IMG/VR virus record: IMGVR_UViG_3300049211_000017 | Span: 1-46,730 of that record | Reading direction: 5' to 3' (one strand) | Source: a virus | Length of the DNA stretch: 46,730 nt | Shown here: positions 24,316 to 32,539 of the stretch, piece after piece | Layout: each line of letters starts with the position of its first letter | How positions within the stretch are numbered: the first letter of the stretch is position 1 | The notes under the pieces: generated by a model | Seen by the model: only the letters and a program-made list of their open reading frames with translations | Told to the model about the DNA's origin: nothing | Database searches by the model: none | Program-made: the position numbers and the translations under genes

Positions 24316-24980
24316 ACGTGCCCACCATCATCGAACAGCGGACGGAAGACTGGTTCGCAATCCGCTGTGGCAAAGCCACCGCCTCCCGCATCGCCGACAT
24401 CATCGCCAAGACCAAGAGCGGCTATTCTGCCTCACGTGCCAACTACCTCGCTCAGCTCGTGTCCGAAAGGCTGACGGGGACGGTCGAGCCGGGATTCACC
24501 AACGCCGCGATGCAATGGGGATGTGACAATGAGGCCGAGGCTCGGTCAGCCTATTGCTTCCGGCAGGACGTGGATGTCGTGGAGGTCGGCTTTGTCGATC
24601 ATCCCAGCATTGCGATGACCGGCGCCAGCCCCGACGGCCTGATCGCGGAGGACGGGCTCGTCGAGATCAAGTGTCCAAACACTGCCACGCACATCGACAC
24701 ACTGCTCAAGGGCGTGGTGCCGGCGAAATACCGGACACAAATGGCGTGGCAGATGGCCTGTACCGGGCGGACGTGGTGCGACTTCGTGTCGTACGATCCG
24801 CGCCTACCCGAGAAAATGCGGCTGTTCGTCAAGCGCATCCACCTGGCCGACGAGCCGATTGGCGAGATCGAGGCCGAGGTCATCGGTTTCCTGAAAGAGG
24901 TTCACGAGACCGTCACGGACCTGCTCGACATCTATGATCCCGCGCCCAGCAACGTCGTCGATTATATTCGGGCTGGCTGA
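24312..24980 (+). CDS. YqaJ/lambda-exonuclease-type recombination exonuclease (222 aa)
   Basis: EDWFAIRCGKATASRIADI and SPDGLIAEDGLVEIKCP motifs. Confidence 0.85.
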   Translation: MNVPTIIEQRTEDWFAIRCGKATASRIADIIAKTKSGYSASRANYLAQLVSERLTGTVEPGFTNAAMQWGCDNEAEARSAYCFRQDVDVVEVGFVDHPSIAMTGASPDGLIAEDGLVEIKCPNTATHIDTLLKGVVPAKYRTQMAWQMACTGRTWCDFVSYDPRLPEKMRLFVKRIHLADEPIGEIEAEVIGFLKEVHETVTDLLDIYDPAPSNVVDYIRAG

Positions 24981-24981
24981 G

Positions 24982-25212
24982 ATGGAATACCGCCACCTCT
25001 CCCCGGAGGACCTGATCTCCACCGATGAAACCTATCGCCGGGTTATGGCGGAGATGCGCAACGAACGCCGGCGCCAGCGCTACGCGACCGATCCTGACTA
25101 TCGGGCGGCGCGGCTGCATTACACGCGCCAGCGCTATGCGACCGACCCCGAATATCGGGCGAAGCAGCACGAACGCAAGGCGCAGTGGCGCGCAAAACGA
25201 AAGGCTGTCTGA
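24982..25212 (+). CDS. Basic repeat protein (76 aa)
   Basis: Tandem 18-aa units RRQRYATDPDYRAARLHY / TRQRYATDPEYRAKQHER (54-nt period). Confidence 0.55.
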   Translation: MEYRHLSPEDLISTDETYRRVMAEMRNERRRQRYATDPDYRAARLHYTRQRYATDPEYRAKQHERKAQWRAKRKAV

Positions 25213-25562
25213 TGCTCCCCACCTCCTCATTCAAACCGCGCCGGAAAAATAGCGGCCGTCAGCACGATGGGAAAAGGTTCCCTAGACATCTGCGCTGGGT
25301 GCGCAGCTTGCCGTGCATTCTCGACGGACGGCACGAATGCGGCGGGGTCATCGAAGCGCACCACGTCAACGAGACGGGCCATGGGATGGGGGTCAAGGGT
25401 CCGGATTTTGAGGTCATTCCCTGCTGCTCGACCGCGCATGAATCAATCCACCGTGGCGTCCTGAGCTTTCAGAAGAAGTGGGGGATCAACCTCGTTGAAG
25501 CGGCGGCCGAATATGCCAAGCGCAGCCCGCATCGGCATGAATGGGAGAACCCGCGTGGCTGA
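25212..25562 (+). CDS. DUF968/HNH-like nuclease candidate (116 aa)
   Basis: HLRWVRSLPCILDGRHECGGVIEAHHV ... VIPCCSTAHESIH. Confidence 0.55.
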   Translation: MLPTSSFKPRRKNSGRQHDGKRFPRHLRWVRSLPCILDGRHECGGVIEAHHVNETGHGMGVKGPDFEVIPCCSTAHESIHRGVLSFQKKWGINLVEAAAEYAKRSPHRHEWENPRG

Positions 25563-25989
25563 CGAACCCCCGCTCTATGCGAGGAAAGTGCTAGGCGCGC
25601 TGCGTCCAGCGAACCCAGCCTGCACCGAAGCGCTCGCCTCCCTGGATGACGGCATCGTTCGTATCCGCATTACCCGCACGCGCGGCAATGTGAAACGCAA
25701 TGGGCTTTACTGGTGTATTTTAGGCATCGCCGCACCAATGCTAGAGAACATGCTCGACGGCCCGATGACAGTATCGATGCTGCATCGCGTTCTGAAGCGC
25801 AAGGGCGGGCTGGCCAAGCCGGTGACGCTGCCGAGCGGCGAGATCGAATGGGATTACGAAAGCATCTCGTTTGCGAAGATGTTGGAGCCGAAGCGGGCCG
25901 AATATATCGACTGGTCGATCCGCACACTGGCCCATTGGTTGGGCGTGACCGAAGATCAGTTGCGCGAGGAAGGACGGATAGCCGCATGA
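25555..25989 (+). CDS. Hypothetical protein (144 aa, GTG start; alternative ATG 25537)
   Basis: GGGAGA lies 6 nt before the GTG. Confidence 0.55.
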   Translation: MADEPPLYARKVLGALRPANPACTEALASLDDGIVRIRITRTRGNVKRNGLYWCILGIAAPMLENMLDGPMTVSMLHRVLKRKGGLAKPVTLPSGEIEWDYESISFAKMLEPKRAEYIDWSIRTLAHWLGVTEDQLREEGRIAA

Positions 25990-26026
25990 TGACCACCGTA
26001 GAGCGCCCCTCACAGGAGGGGCGGTG

Positions 26027-26329
26027 ATGGGAGAGACCGCTGCGCCCATCCCGCCCGCGATGAGCTGGCAGCCGATCGAGACGGCGCCAAAGGATGGCAC
26101 GGAGTTCCAGGCCAAGATCCCCGGACACGGCAGCGATAATGTGATCGTGTGGGTTGATGGCCTAATCGATGACGACAATCACGATTGTGGAACATGGGCT
26201 TTCTCCCGTGATCAGGAGCCGCCCGACTGCTGGACCGATGGTTACTGCTGGACGGTCAACGAAGATGGTGTGCCGTCAACGCAGCCGACGCACTGGAAAC
26301 CGTTGCCCGAACCAGAGGTGGAAGCATGA
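26027..26329 (+). CDS. DUF551-like protein (100 aa)
   Basis: WQPIETAPKDGTEF ... THWKPLPEPE. AGGAGGGG Shine-Dalgarno sequence. Confidence 0.7.
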   Translation: MGETAAPIPPAMSWQPIETAPKDGTEFQAKIPGHGSDNVIVWVDGLIDDDNHDCGTWAFSRDQEPPDCWTDGYCWTVNEDGVPSTQPTHWKPLPEPEVEA

Positions 26330-26565
26330 CCCAGCAGCATCCCCGCGAGTGCGGGACGGAAGGATCAACCATGACAGAACGAGAAGCGGTGGTGGCGTGG
26401 CTGCGAAGCTTAGCGGGCCAATTCGTTACGCCGCCCATTCTCGCGTTCTTTGGTGATCCATGGAAGCGGGACGGGCAACTGCTCTGCTGCGAACTGGCCG
26501 CCGCCATCGAGGCCGGCGACCACCTCCGCGAGCATCAGCCGAGAGACCCTGAGGGAGAGATTTGA
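26326..26565 (+). CDS. Hypothetical protein (79 aa)
   Basis: Track ORF, ATGA-coupled. Confidence 0.5.
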   Translation: MTQQHPRECGTEGSTMTEREAVVAWLRSLAGQFVTPPILAFFGDPWKRDGQLLCCELAAAIEAGDHLREHQPRDPEGEI

Positions 26566-27032
26566 TGGAAGATATGGGCAGCCAGGCTGCGGTTCCGGTT
26601 TCCGTCCCTAGCGTGGCTCACGTTATTATGCGCTCGGTCGGTGAGTATAGCGACCGAACCGTTAGCGCCGTCTGCGCGCTCTTCGACGAAGATGCGGCGA
26701 AACGCTTTGTGGTGGTCGCCGAGCGCCAATGGCGCAATGCCGTGGCGACCTATCCGCCGATCAAATGGCCTGACAATTACAATGACGATGTGGTCTTCAA
26801 CCAGTTTCAAGAAGAGACGTTCGCCCGCCTGACGGCGGTCAAGGAAATGTTAACGCTAGATCCCGACAGTGCCCCAGACGAGTGCGGCGACGACCAGCCG
26901 TTCTACTATTATCATACGATCCCCATCCTCACGTCAGCGATCGAAGCCGAAGGCGGAGACCCGCAGGGGCTCCGCGCGCAGCACGAGAGCGCGATGCCGC
27001 AGGCAGACGCCCAGGATCAGCCACATGACTAG
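26562..27032 (+). CDS. Hypothetical protein (156 aa) carrying the shared 33-aa C-terminal tail
   Basis: Ends LTSAIEAEGGDPQGLRAQHESAMPQADAQDQPHD, which matches the end of 27609..28379. Confidence 0.6.
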   Translation: MMEDMGSQAAVPVSVPSVAHVIMRSVGEYSDRTVSAVCALFDEDAAKRFVVVAERQWRNAVATYPPIKWPDNYNDDVVFNQFQEETFARLTAVKEMLTLDPDSAPDECGDDQPFYYYHTIPILTSAIEAEGGDPQGLRAQHESAMPQADAQDQPHD

Positions 27033-27062
27033 CTCCAACACCCCCTCAATAGCGGAGATCGC
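26931..27062 (+). repeat. 132-bp gene-junction repeat, copy 1
   Basis: 131/132 identical to 28278..28409 (single G/A difference at 26949/28296). Confidence 0.9.
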
Positions 27063-27261
27063 GGCGGGTCTGACAGAGAATCAGCGCAGGGCCATCTTAT
27101 CTGCCCGTTGGATTGGATCAAGCCTGAGCCAAATGTGCCTGGTTGATTACACTGATCCGTGGGCAGCGCCAATCGCAGTGTTCCTAACGTTACGCACTGA
27201 TCGCCTGAACAGCACCGGGCTCGCCGTTCGCGATCACCTCCTCAAGGAGCAGGACCAATGA
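27025..27261 (+). CDS. Hypothetical protein (78 aa)
   Basis: Starts MTSSNTPSIAEIA, identical to the start of 28372..28740. Confidence 0.55.
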   Translation: MTSSNTPSIAEIAAGLTENQRRAILSARWIGSSLSQMCLVDYTDPWAAPIAVFLTLRTDRLNSTGLAVRDHLLKEQDQ

Positions 27262-27449
27262 GCAGCAGCGAATGGATTGAATGGTCGGGCGGGAAGTGTC
27301 CTGTCCCTGATAGCACCATCACCGAGGTTCGCTTTCGTTCGGAAACGTTTGAGACAATTACCGGGCGGGCTGATTACTTCGGCTGGGAATGGCCGGCGGA
27401 TGATCCTTATTACGACGATATCACGGCTTATCGGGTGGTATCACAATGA
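27258..27449 (+). CDS. Hypothetical protein (63 aa)
   Basis: Track ORF, Trp/Asp-rich. Confidence 0.5.
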   Translation: MSSSEWIEWSGGKCPVPDSTITEVRFRSETFETITGRADYFGWEWPADDPYYDDITAYRVVSQ

Positions 27450-27608
27450 CCATAGAAGAAGCTAAGCACGCCGAACGACATCGCTATCACGGCCCTCACC
27501 ACCGCCCTAACCCGCATCGAGAAACTGGAGGCTGCACTTCAATACGCCCGCAATCTGATCGGGCCAGATGAGATTATTGACGCAGCCCTCGCGAAGGAGC
27601 CCCGGGTC
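27446..27608 (+). pseudogene. Shortened, frame-disrupted paralogue of 28417..28740
   Basis: Shares ATGACCATAGAAGAA, a 37-nt block (27496-27532 versus 28528-28564, 2 mismatches) and GCCCTCGCGAAGGAGCCCCGG. Reading must change frame by +1 to follow the homology. One extra G at 27604-27606 fuses the remnant frame to the downstream ATG. Confidence 0.55.
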
Positions 27609-28379
27609 ATGACGATAGATGATGCGCAGAAAATAGCCAAGATCATTGGCACCGCAGACGGCGGTTGTTCTAATTGCGTTGGCGATCTAGTTGAACGCTT
27701 ATCCAAGATGTTTCCATCTTTTCGATGGATCATAACAGACGAGCACCAAATGGAGCAACCGGACTGGAGCGAAGATCCAGAAGATACGCATCAAGTAGGG
27801 TTCGTGGTATTAGTGGAGCCCCGGTCATGTATGGGCGCGGATCGCTTCTACATCGACTGCGAGTTCGACGGGCACAGCGGGTCACTGCTGAGTGTTGGCT
27901 TGGTTCGCGAAGATGGACGCAGTATCCACATCGCCACCACCGCGCAGGCCACCGACGAGTGGGTGGCCCAGAATGTGGTTCCCCTGATAGAGCAACACCG
28001 GGCCGATATGACATGGACGGTGCCCGAGAATGATGTTGGTAGCATCATCAGGCACTTCATTGGCGATTGCACTCATCCGGTAATCGTTGCGGATAGTCCG
28101 GTAGATATTGGGCGCTTTTGTCGAGCGATTTCAACGTCGCCTCATGGGGGTTGGACGTCGGCTGAATACCCACTGATGACCTTTGAGGTCCACAACGTCG
28201 ACTGCTATCCAACCAGTCTGCCTGGGGCGGTCCAGCACAATGCGTGGTGGGACGCGATGGCGTTGCGCCACAAACTTACGTCAGCGATCGAAGCCAAAGG
28301 CGGAGACCCGCAGGGGCTCCGCGCGCAGCACGAGAGCGCGATGCCGCAGGCAGACGCCCAGGATCAGCCACATGACTAG
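27609..28379 (+). CDS. DEDD-type 3'-5' exonuclease (Rv2179c-like) with an N-terminal extra domain and the shared C-terminal tail (256 aa)
   Basis: FYIDCEFDGHSGSLLSVGLV, VIVADSPVDIGRF and HNAWWDAMALR motifs. Confidence 0.6.
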   Translation: MTIDDAQKIAKIIGTADGGCSNCVGDLVERLSKMFPSFRWIITDEHQMEQPDWSEDPEDTHQVGFVVLVEPRSCMGADRFYIDCEFDGHSGSLLSVGLVREDGRSIHIATTAQATDEWVAQNVVPLIEQHRADMTWTVPENDVGSIIRHFIGDCTHPVIVADSPVDIGRFCRAISTSPHGGWTSAEYPLMTFEVHNVDCYPTSLPGAVQHNAWWDAMALRHKLTSAIEAKGGDPQGLRAQHESAMPQADAQDQPHD

Positions 28380-28409
28380 CTCCAACACCCCCTCAATAGC
28401 GGAGATCGC
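28278..28409 (+). repeat. 132-bp gene-junction repeat, copy 2
   Basis: See copy 1. Offset is 1347 bp, in direct orientation. Confidence 0.9.
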
Positions 28410-28740
28410 TAGGCCAATGACCATAGAAGAACAGGCGCGAGAGATGCTGCAAGCTGGCTTCGATCAGCAGGGAGGCGGCCTAATTGTTGGTCACGTCCCC
28501 GGCCGAGATCGTGTTTTCCTCGACATTCTCACCACAGCCCTAACCCGCATCGAGAAGCTGGAGGCGGCGTTGTTCGTGCCTAAGGGGAGCGATGCATCCT
28601 TAAATCTACAAAGTGCCTTGGACGACCTCCGAGGCGAATTTAATCCTAAAGACGGGGACGTAATCGCCCGCACAATCGAACGCGTCATAGACCAACTGGA
28701 AACCGCCCGCGCGGCCCTCGCGAAGGAGCCCCGGTCATGA
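28372..28740 (+). CDS. Hypothetical coiled-coil protein (122 aa)
   Basis: MTSSNTPSIAEIARPMTIEEQ... ATG inside the repeat, overlapping the upstream stop. Confidence 0.55.
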   Translation: MTSSNTPSIAEIARPMTIEEQAREMLQAGFDQQGGGLIVGHVPGRDRVFLDILTTALTRIEKLEAALFVPKGSDASLNLQSALDDLRGEFNPKDGDVIARTIERVIDQLETARAALAKEPRS

Positions 28741-29195
28741 GCGCCGCCGTGCTGCGAGAGCTTGCGGATCGGGTGGAACGCGCGAGCGGGCTGGATCGAC
28801 ACATTGATGGGCTGATTTGGCAGTCCATAGAACCTCAGCATGACTATGTGATGTTCGGCGAAGTGTCCCAGGTGCTCTATCGGCGCGATCCGCACGACAG
28901 TGGCGCCTTTGACGCGCCGCCGCCTTTTACCGCCTCAATCGACGCGGCGATGACGTTGGTGCTGGTAGAGGAATGGACCCTGAATCTTGAGCAGTGGCCG
29001 TCCCCAATGGTAGCCGTAAACCGTGAATACTCTGGCAACTGGCCCTGGGGCCGAGATGCTTGGCGGGCAACACTCACTCACGATTGGGGCGCGTTCGGAC
29101 AGGTGTCAGTGATTTCCGCCACTCCGGCCCTCGCCCTAACCGCCGCCGCCCTTCGCGCACGGGCTCACCTCATCGAAAAGGAACGCGGACAATGA
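28737..29195 (+). CDS. Hypothetical protein (152 aa)
   Basis: LRELADRVERASGLDRHIDGLIW N-terminus, which is common in proteobacterial prophage proteins. Confidence 0.6.
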   Translation: MSAAVLRELADRVERASGLDRHIDGLIWQSIEPQHDYVMFGEVSQVLYRRDPHDSGAFDAPPPFTASIDAAMTLVLVEEWTLNLEQWPSPMVAVNREYSGNWPWGRDAWRATLTHDWGAFGQVSVISATPALALTAAALRARAHLIEKERGQ

Positions 29196-29809
29196 GCAAC
29201 CAGACCACAGAGCAGGCGAGTCTTCGTGTTGATGCGCTAGGCCATGCGGCGGATGCCGTTCGAGACGCATGTTTAACCATCCTCGGCGAAGTCGTTAGTT
29301 TTGATGACAGTCGGAAGATTGCAGAAGCGGTACTTTGTGCGGCTTTTATTGGTACAAGTCTGAAGACCGTAGAGCAGGCGACTGTGGAGGGCGTGTTACC
29401 AATCACACAGTGGACCGAATGGGCAAGGCGGGATGACTGGCATCAGTTATTCGTTGGGTCTGATATTCGTCAGATGCTAGGCGAAATAGCCCGCCTCCGC
29501 GCCACCATCCGCACCCTGCAAGCCAAGCTGGTGGAGGCGGCGCTCGCTCTAACTAAGGCAAATCGGACATCTACTGATCGACTCTACATGCTGGAAGCGA
29601 CTGCCAACATGCTTGGTCCAAACGGGCGGAAGATGTGGAGCCTCTGGCAAGAGAAGGGCATTGAGCGCGTCCATTATAGTTGGGGGCCTGAAGCGTCAAA
29701 GATGACAGGCGAGGAACTGGCGGATGTAATGTTGCGATGTGAGGAGGCCGCGCAAAGCGCAGTGCCGATCGATGAGTCCCTCAACACGATCCGCAAGGGA
29801 GATGAATGA
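29192..29809 (+). CDS. Hypothetical mosaic protein (205 aa)
   Basis: Contains internal copies of sequence blocks found at the starts and middles of the next two genes. Confidence 0.55.
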   Translation: MSNQTTEQASLRVDALGHAADAVRDACLTILGEVVSFDDSRKIAEAVLCAAFIGTSLKTVEQATVEGVLPITQWTEWARRDDWHQLFVGSDIRQMLGEIARLRATIRTLQAKLVEAALALTKANRTSTDRLYMLEATANMLGPNGRKMWSLWQEKGIERVHYSWGPEASKMTGEELADVMLRCEEAAQSAVPIDESLNTIRKGDE

Positions 29810-30249
29810 TGACCACCAACGATCGGGCCGTAGAGCAGGCGACCATTGATGCAGCGGAGATCGAACGACTGGAGAAGCTGCGAGCGGCGGCAACGCCGGG
29901 GCCTTGGCAAGCTAATGGTCGTGACATTGTCCTCCCAGATCGAGCGCTTGCACCATGGTCAAAAGACGAGCCTAAAAATGTCAGGCTCATCGTCACCGCC
30001 ATCAACGCGCTCCCTTCCCTCCTCGCCACCATCCGCGACCTGCAAGCCAAGCTGGCGGAGGCAGAGCGGATACTTGCCAACCCGCCCAAGCATAAGTTCT
30101 GGCGCGCGGGTGAGCTGAATTGCCCACGTGAGATCAAAGCAGGTAACGGCGAACTTCACACCCTGCGCTGCAAGGTCTGCGGGCAAGACAGCCCGCGTAA
30201 CGATATCTGTACCGCTACCCTTACCTCGATCCGCAAAGGGGGTGAGTGA
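29806..30249 (+). CDS. Hypothetical protein with PGPW motif and C-terminal Cys cluster (147 aa)
   Basis: ATPGPWQANGRDIV, INALPSLLATIRDLQAKL and CPREIKAGNGELHTLRCKVCG. Confidence 0.6.
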   Translation: MMTTNDRAVEQATIDAAEIERLEKLRAAATPGPWQANGRDIVLPDRALAPWSKDEPKNVRLIVTAINALPSLLATIRDLQAKLAEAERILANPPKHKFWRAGELNCPREIKAGNGELHTLRCKVCGQDSPRNDICTATLTSIRKGGE

Positions 30250-30572
30250 TGACCAACAACGATCCGGCCGTAGAGCAGGCGACTGTGGAGGCCGTGGCGC
30301 GGGCGCTGTGCCGCAGAGCCCATGAACGCATAGTATCCGACCAAGGTAAATTAAAACGGCTCATTAATAACTATTGGCATAGCTACATTGAAGACGCCAG
30401 CGTAGCCGTTTCCGCCATGCCGCCACTCACCATCGATAGGGAAGAACTGGCGGGAGTGTTTTGCGATGCATTTACCGGCGGCAACGAACAGTTGGCCGAG
30501 GCATCCCAACATCATCGCGAGGCGTATCTCAAAGGTGCCGACGCCATTATCGCGCATTTGGGAGGACGGTGA
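30246..30572 (+). CDS. Hypothetical protein (108 aa)
   Basis: Track ORF. Its N-terminus is paralogous to that of 29806..30249. Confidence 0.55.
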   Translation: MMTNNDPAVEQATVEAVARALCRRAHERIVSDQGKLKRLINNYWHSYIEDASVAVSAMPPLTIDREELAGVFCDAFTGGNEQLAEASQHHREAYLKGADAIIAHLGGR

Positions 30573-30772
30573 TGTTCTATGCCTACATCTACGCCGCGCT
30601 CGGTCTGTTGGTGGCGATCTGGTTCTACCTAAAGATGAGACGATGGGCAGATATTGGCAACACTATGACCAGAAGTCGCAGTGGGTCTGTAAAGATGCTG
30701 CTCCTACTCCCCTTCGCGGCTATCTTGTGGCCAATCACAGCATGGATACTATGGCAGGACACCCGCCCATGA
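30572..30772 (+). CDS. Two-TM membrane protein (66 aa)
   Basis: MFYAYIYAALGLLVAIWFYL ... LLLLPFAAILWPITAWILW. GGAGGA Shine-Dalgarno sequence. Confidence 0.55.
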   Translation: MFYAYIYAALGLLVAIWFYLKMRRWADIGNTMTRSRSGSVKMLLLLPFAAILWPITAWILWQDTRP

Positions 30773-31380
30773 CCCCCGACCACAAGGCGCTGCTGGAGCG
30801 GCTGGACAGTCGAATTGCGAACTATCCAAATAAACTGGACGAGGAACTCGCCACCCTCATCCGCCAGCAAGCCCAGACCATCGCGGAATTGACGGCTGAG
30901 CTGGATCGTGAGCACAGCGCCTACGAGATCGCGTTTGATCAGGCGATGGAGAATGGACAGGCTCTGTCGATAGCTAGAGCCGCCCTCGCGACGGCCCGGC
31001 AAGAGGCGATCGAGACTGCGCGACGAGGCTGGTACGAGGGCTGGGGACACCGCGAGGCCAACATCTCGTGCGAATGTGATGAGCCTACCAATCCCGCCGA
31101 GCATTGGCCGCACAGTGATACGTGCCGCGCCCTCTCCCCGACAGCACCCGCGCCGGGGGAGGGGGTCCCTTGGAATTCCAAGGGACCTACGCCCGTTCCA
31201 CGCTCCACCCGGCCAGATGTCGCGGGGCTGGTAGATGCGCTGCGGGCCATTGGAAAACAGAAACGGGTCGCAGAGATGAGTGAGGAGTTTTACGACGCCG
31301 CCGACTTTGAGGGCGGATGTGATACCATCATCGAGATCGCCCGCGCAGAACTCGCCAAGTGGGAGAACAGCCGTGGGTGA
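30769..31380 (+). CDS. Hypothetical protein (203 aa)
   Basis: Internal ATG of track ORF 30466..31380, coupled by ATGA. Confidence 0.55.
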   Translation: MTPDHKALLERLDSRIANYPNKLDEELATLIRQQAQTIAELTAELDREHSAYEIAFDQAMENGQALSIARAALATARQEAIETARRGWYEGWGHREANISCECDEPTNPAEHWPHSDTCRALSPTAPAPGEGVPWNSKGPTPVPRSTRPDVAGLVDALRAIGKQKRVAEMSEEFYDAADFEGGCDTIIEIARAELAKWENSRG

Positions 31381-31657
31381 CGATCGGAATGTACTGAGGT
31401 CCATCGGTTATTTTGACGACCCAGACCAAGACGAGCCAACGTTCGACCCTGGGCCTGATGGCATTTGTCCAGTCTGCAACAAGCTGATCGGGCTGAAACC
31501 GCGTCTCTGCCGTAACCTGATGGTCAGTTTCCAGCGCAGTTATTTCTTTTCGTACCACACGGAATGCCGCGACGCCGAGAAGCTTGACGCTATTGAAGCT
31601 AGGGTTGTGGATGAACTGTTCGACTGGGATGAGGCTATTAATATGCCCGGAGAATGA
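31373..31657 (+). CDS. Small Cys-containing protein (94 aa, GTG start)
   Basis: GGGAGA lies 6 nt before the GTG. CPVCNKL ... YHTEC. Confidence 0.5.
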   Translation: MGDDRNVLRSIGYFDDPDQDEPTFDPGPDGICPVCNKLIGLKPRLCRNLMVSFQRSYFFSYHTECRDAEKLDAIEARVVDELFDWDEAINMPGE

Positions 31658-31661
31658 TCCC

Positions 31662-31865
31662 ATGAAAGCCCCGCCCCACTTCACCGTCCTGATCCACGGC
31701 ACGACAGAGCGCGTGGTCAAGCGCATCAACATCGATCAGGGCCTCGGCTATCTGCTCACACGCCTGCTATCGGGGCAGGATGTGGCTGAGAGCGCGTTCG
31801 CGAGCTGGGGGCTCACCGTCCATGTCGAGCGGGATTGTGATCAGGGGGATGAGCCGGTAGGATGA
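31662..31865 (+). CDS. Hypothetical protein (67 aa)
   Basis: GGAGAA Shine-Dalgarno sequence. Confidence 0.5.
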   Translation: MKAPPHFTVLIHGTTERVVKRINIDQGLGYLLTRLLSGQDVAESAFASWGLTVHVERDCDQGDEPVG

Positions 31866-31869
31866 AAAC

Positions 31870-32172
31870 ATGAACATCAGCCGCAGATCATTCCTCGGTG
31901 GCGCGATGGTCGCCACAGCACTGGCGGCGCTACCAGCGCTTGCCAAGGCCAACGTCCCAACGATCTATGCGGACGGCGTGCAGGATGACTTTCCCGGTCT
32001 TCAGGCTATGATTGACGGTAAGCCGTTCCGCATCGCAGGTGAGGGGGTATTTGAAAACCATGCAGGTGATGTTGTTATTTCCGACGCCCGCCTAGCGTTA
32101 AGCGAGCCCCTGGATTTATCCAGGCCACATGGAACTGTGACCATGACGCGCTGCCACCTTCGCCGCGTTTAA
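31870..32172 (+). CDS. Small exported protein with a twin-arginine (Tat) signal peptide (100 aa)
   Basis: MNISRRSFLGGAMVATALAALPALAKA: SRRxFL motif, hydrophobic core and an AKA cleavage motif. Confidence 0.65.
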   Translation: MNISRRSFLGGAMVATALAALPALAKANVPTIYADGVQDDFPGLQAMIDGKPFRIAGEGVFENHAGDVVISDARLALSEPLDLSRPHGTVTMTRCHLRRV

Positions 32173-32284
32173 AGGGACGCGGGGTATTAAGTTTGCCCGG
32201 CTCGACCAGAACTACATCCAAGGACAGAGCAATCCAGCACTAGGGCTGGGATTCAACACGCCATGAGGAGGGTAGGATAACACT

Positions 32285-32539
32285 ATGCCCACCAGCCTAT
32301 CCTATCTCACCTTACTGCTGCTGTTCATTGCGCCGTTTGTCGTGGGCTTCTACGCTCCGTCGCGGGCCAGCAAGCGCAAGGGCGCCAACAACAGCTATCA
32401 GCATGGCTCACCAGGGCTTATTCCGGCCCTCATGCTGATGATCGGGTTTGCCGGTGTCGGGGGGTTCGCGTTGCTCGCCTATATCAGCGGGGAACAGCTT
32501 GAGTGGAGCCAGCCAATCGAGGCTCCAAGGGCTCGGTAG
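32285..32539 (+). CDS. Two-TM membrane protein (84 aa)
   Basis: LSYLTLLLLFIAPFVVGFYA and LIPALMLMIGFAGVGGFALLAYI. Last gene of the rightward unit. Confidence 0.45.
   Translation: MPTSLSYLTLLLLFIAPFVVGFYAPSRASKRKGANNSYQHGSPGLIPALMLMIGFAGVGGFALLAYISGEQLEWSQPIEAPRAR

Noticed and set aside
26003-26022. 7-bp hairpin CGCCCCT-cacagg-AGGGGCG before the DUF551-like gene, considered as a terminator.
   Set aside because: No U-tract follows, and its 3' arm is part of the Shine-Dalgarno sequence (AGGAGGGG) of the next gene. At most it modulates translation. The evidence is too weak to call.
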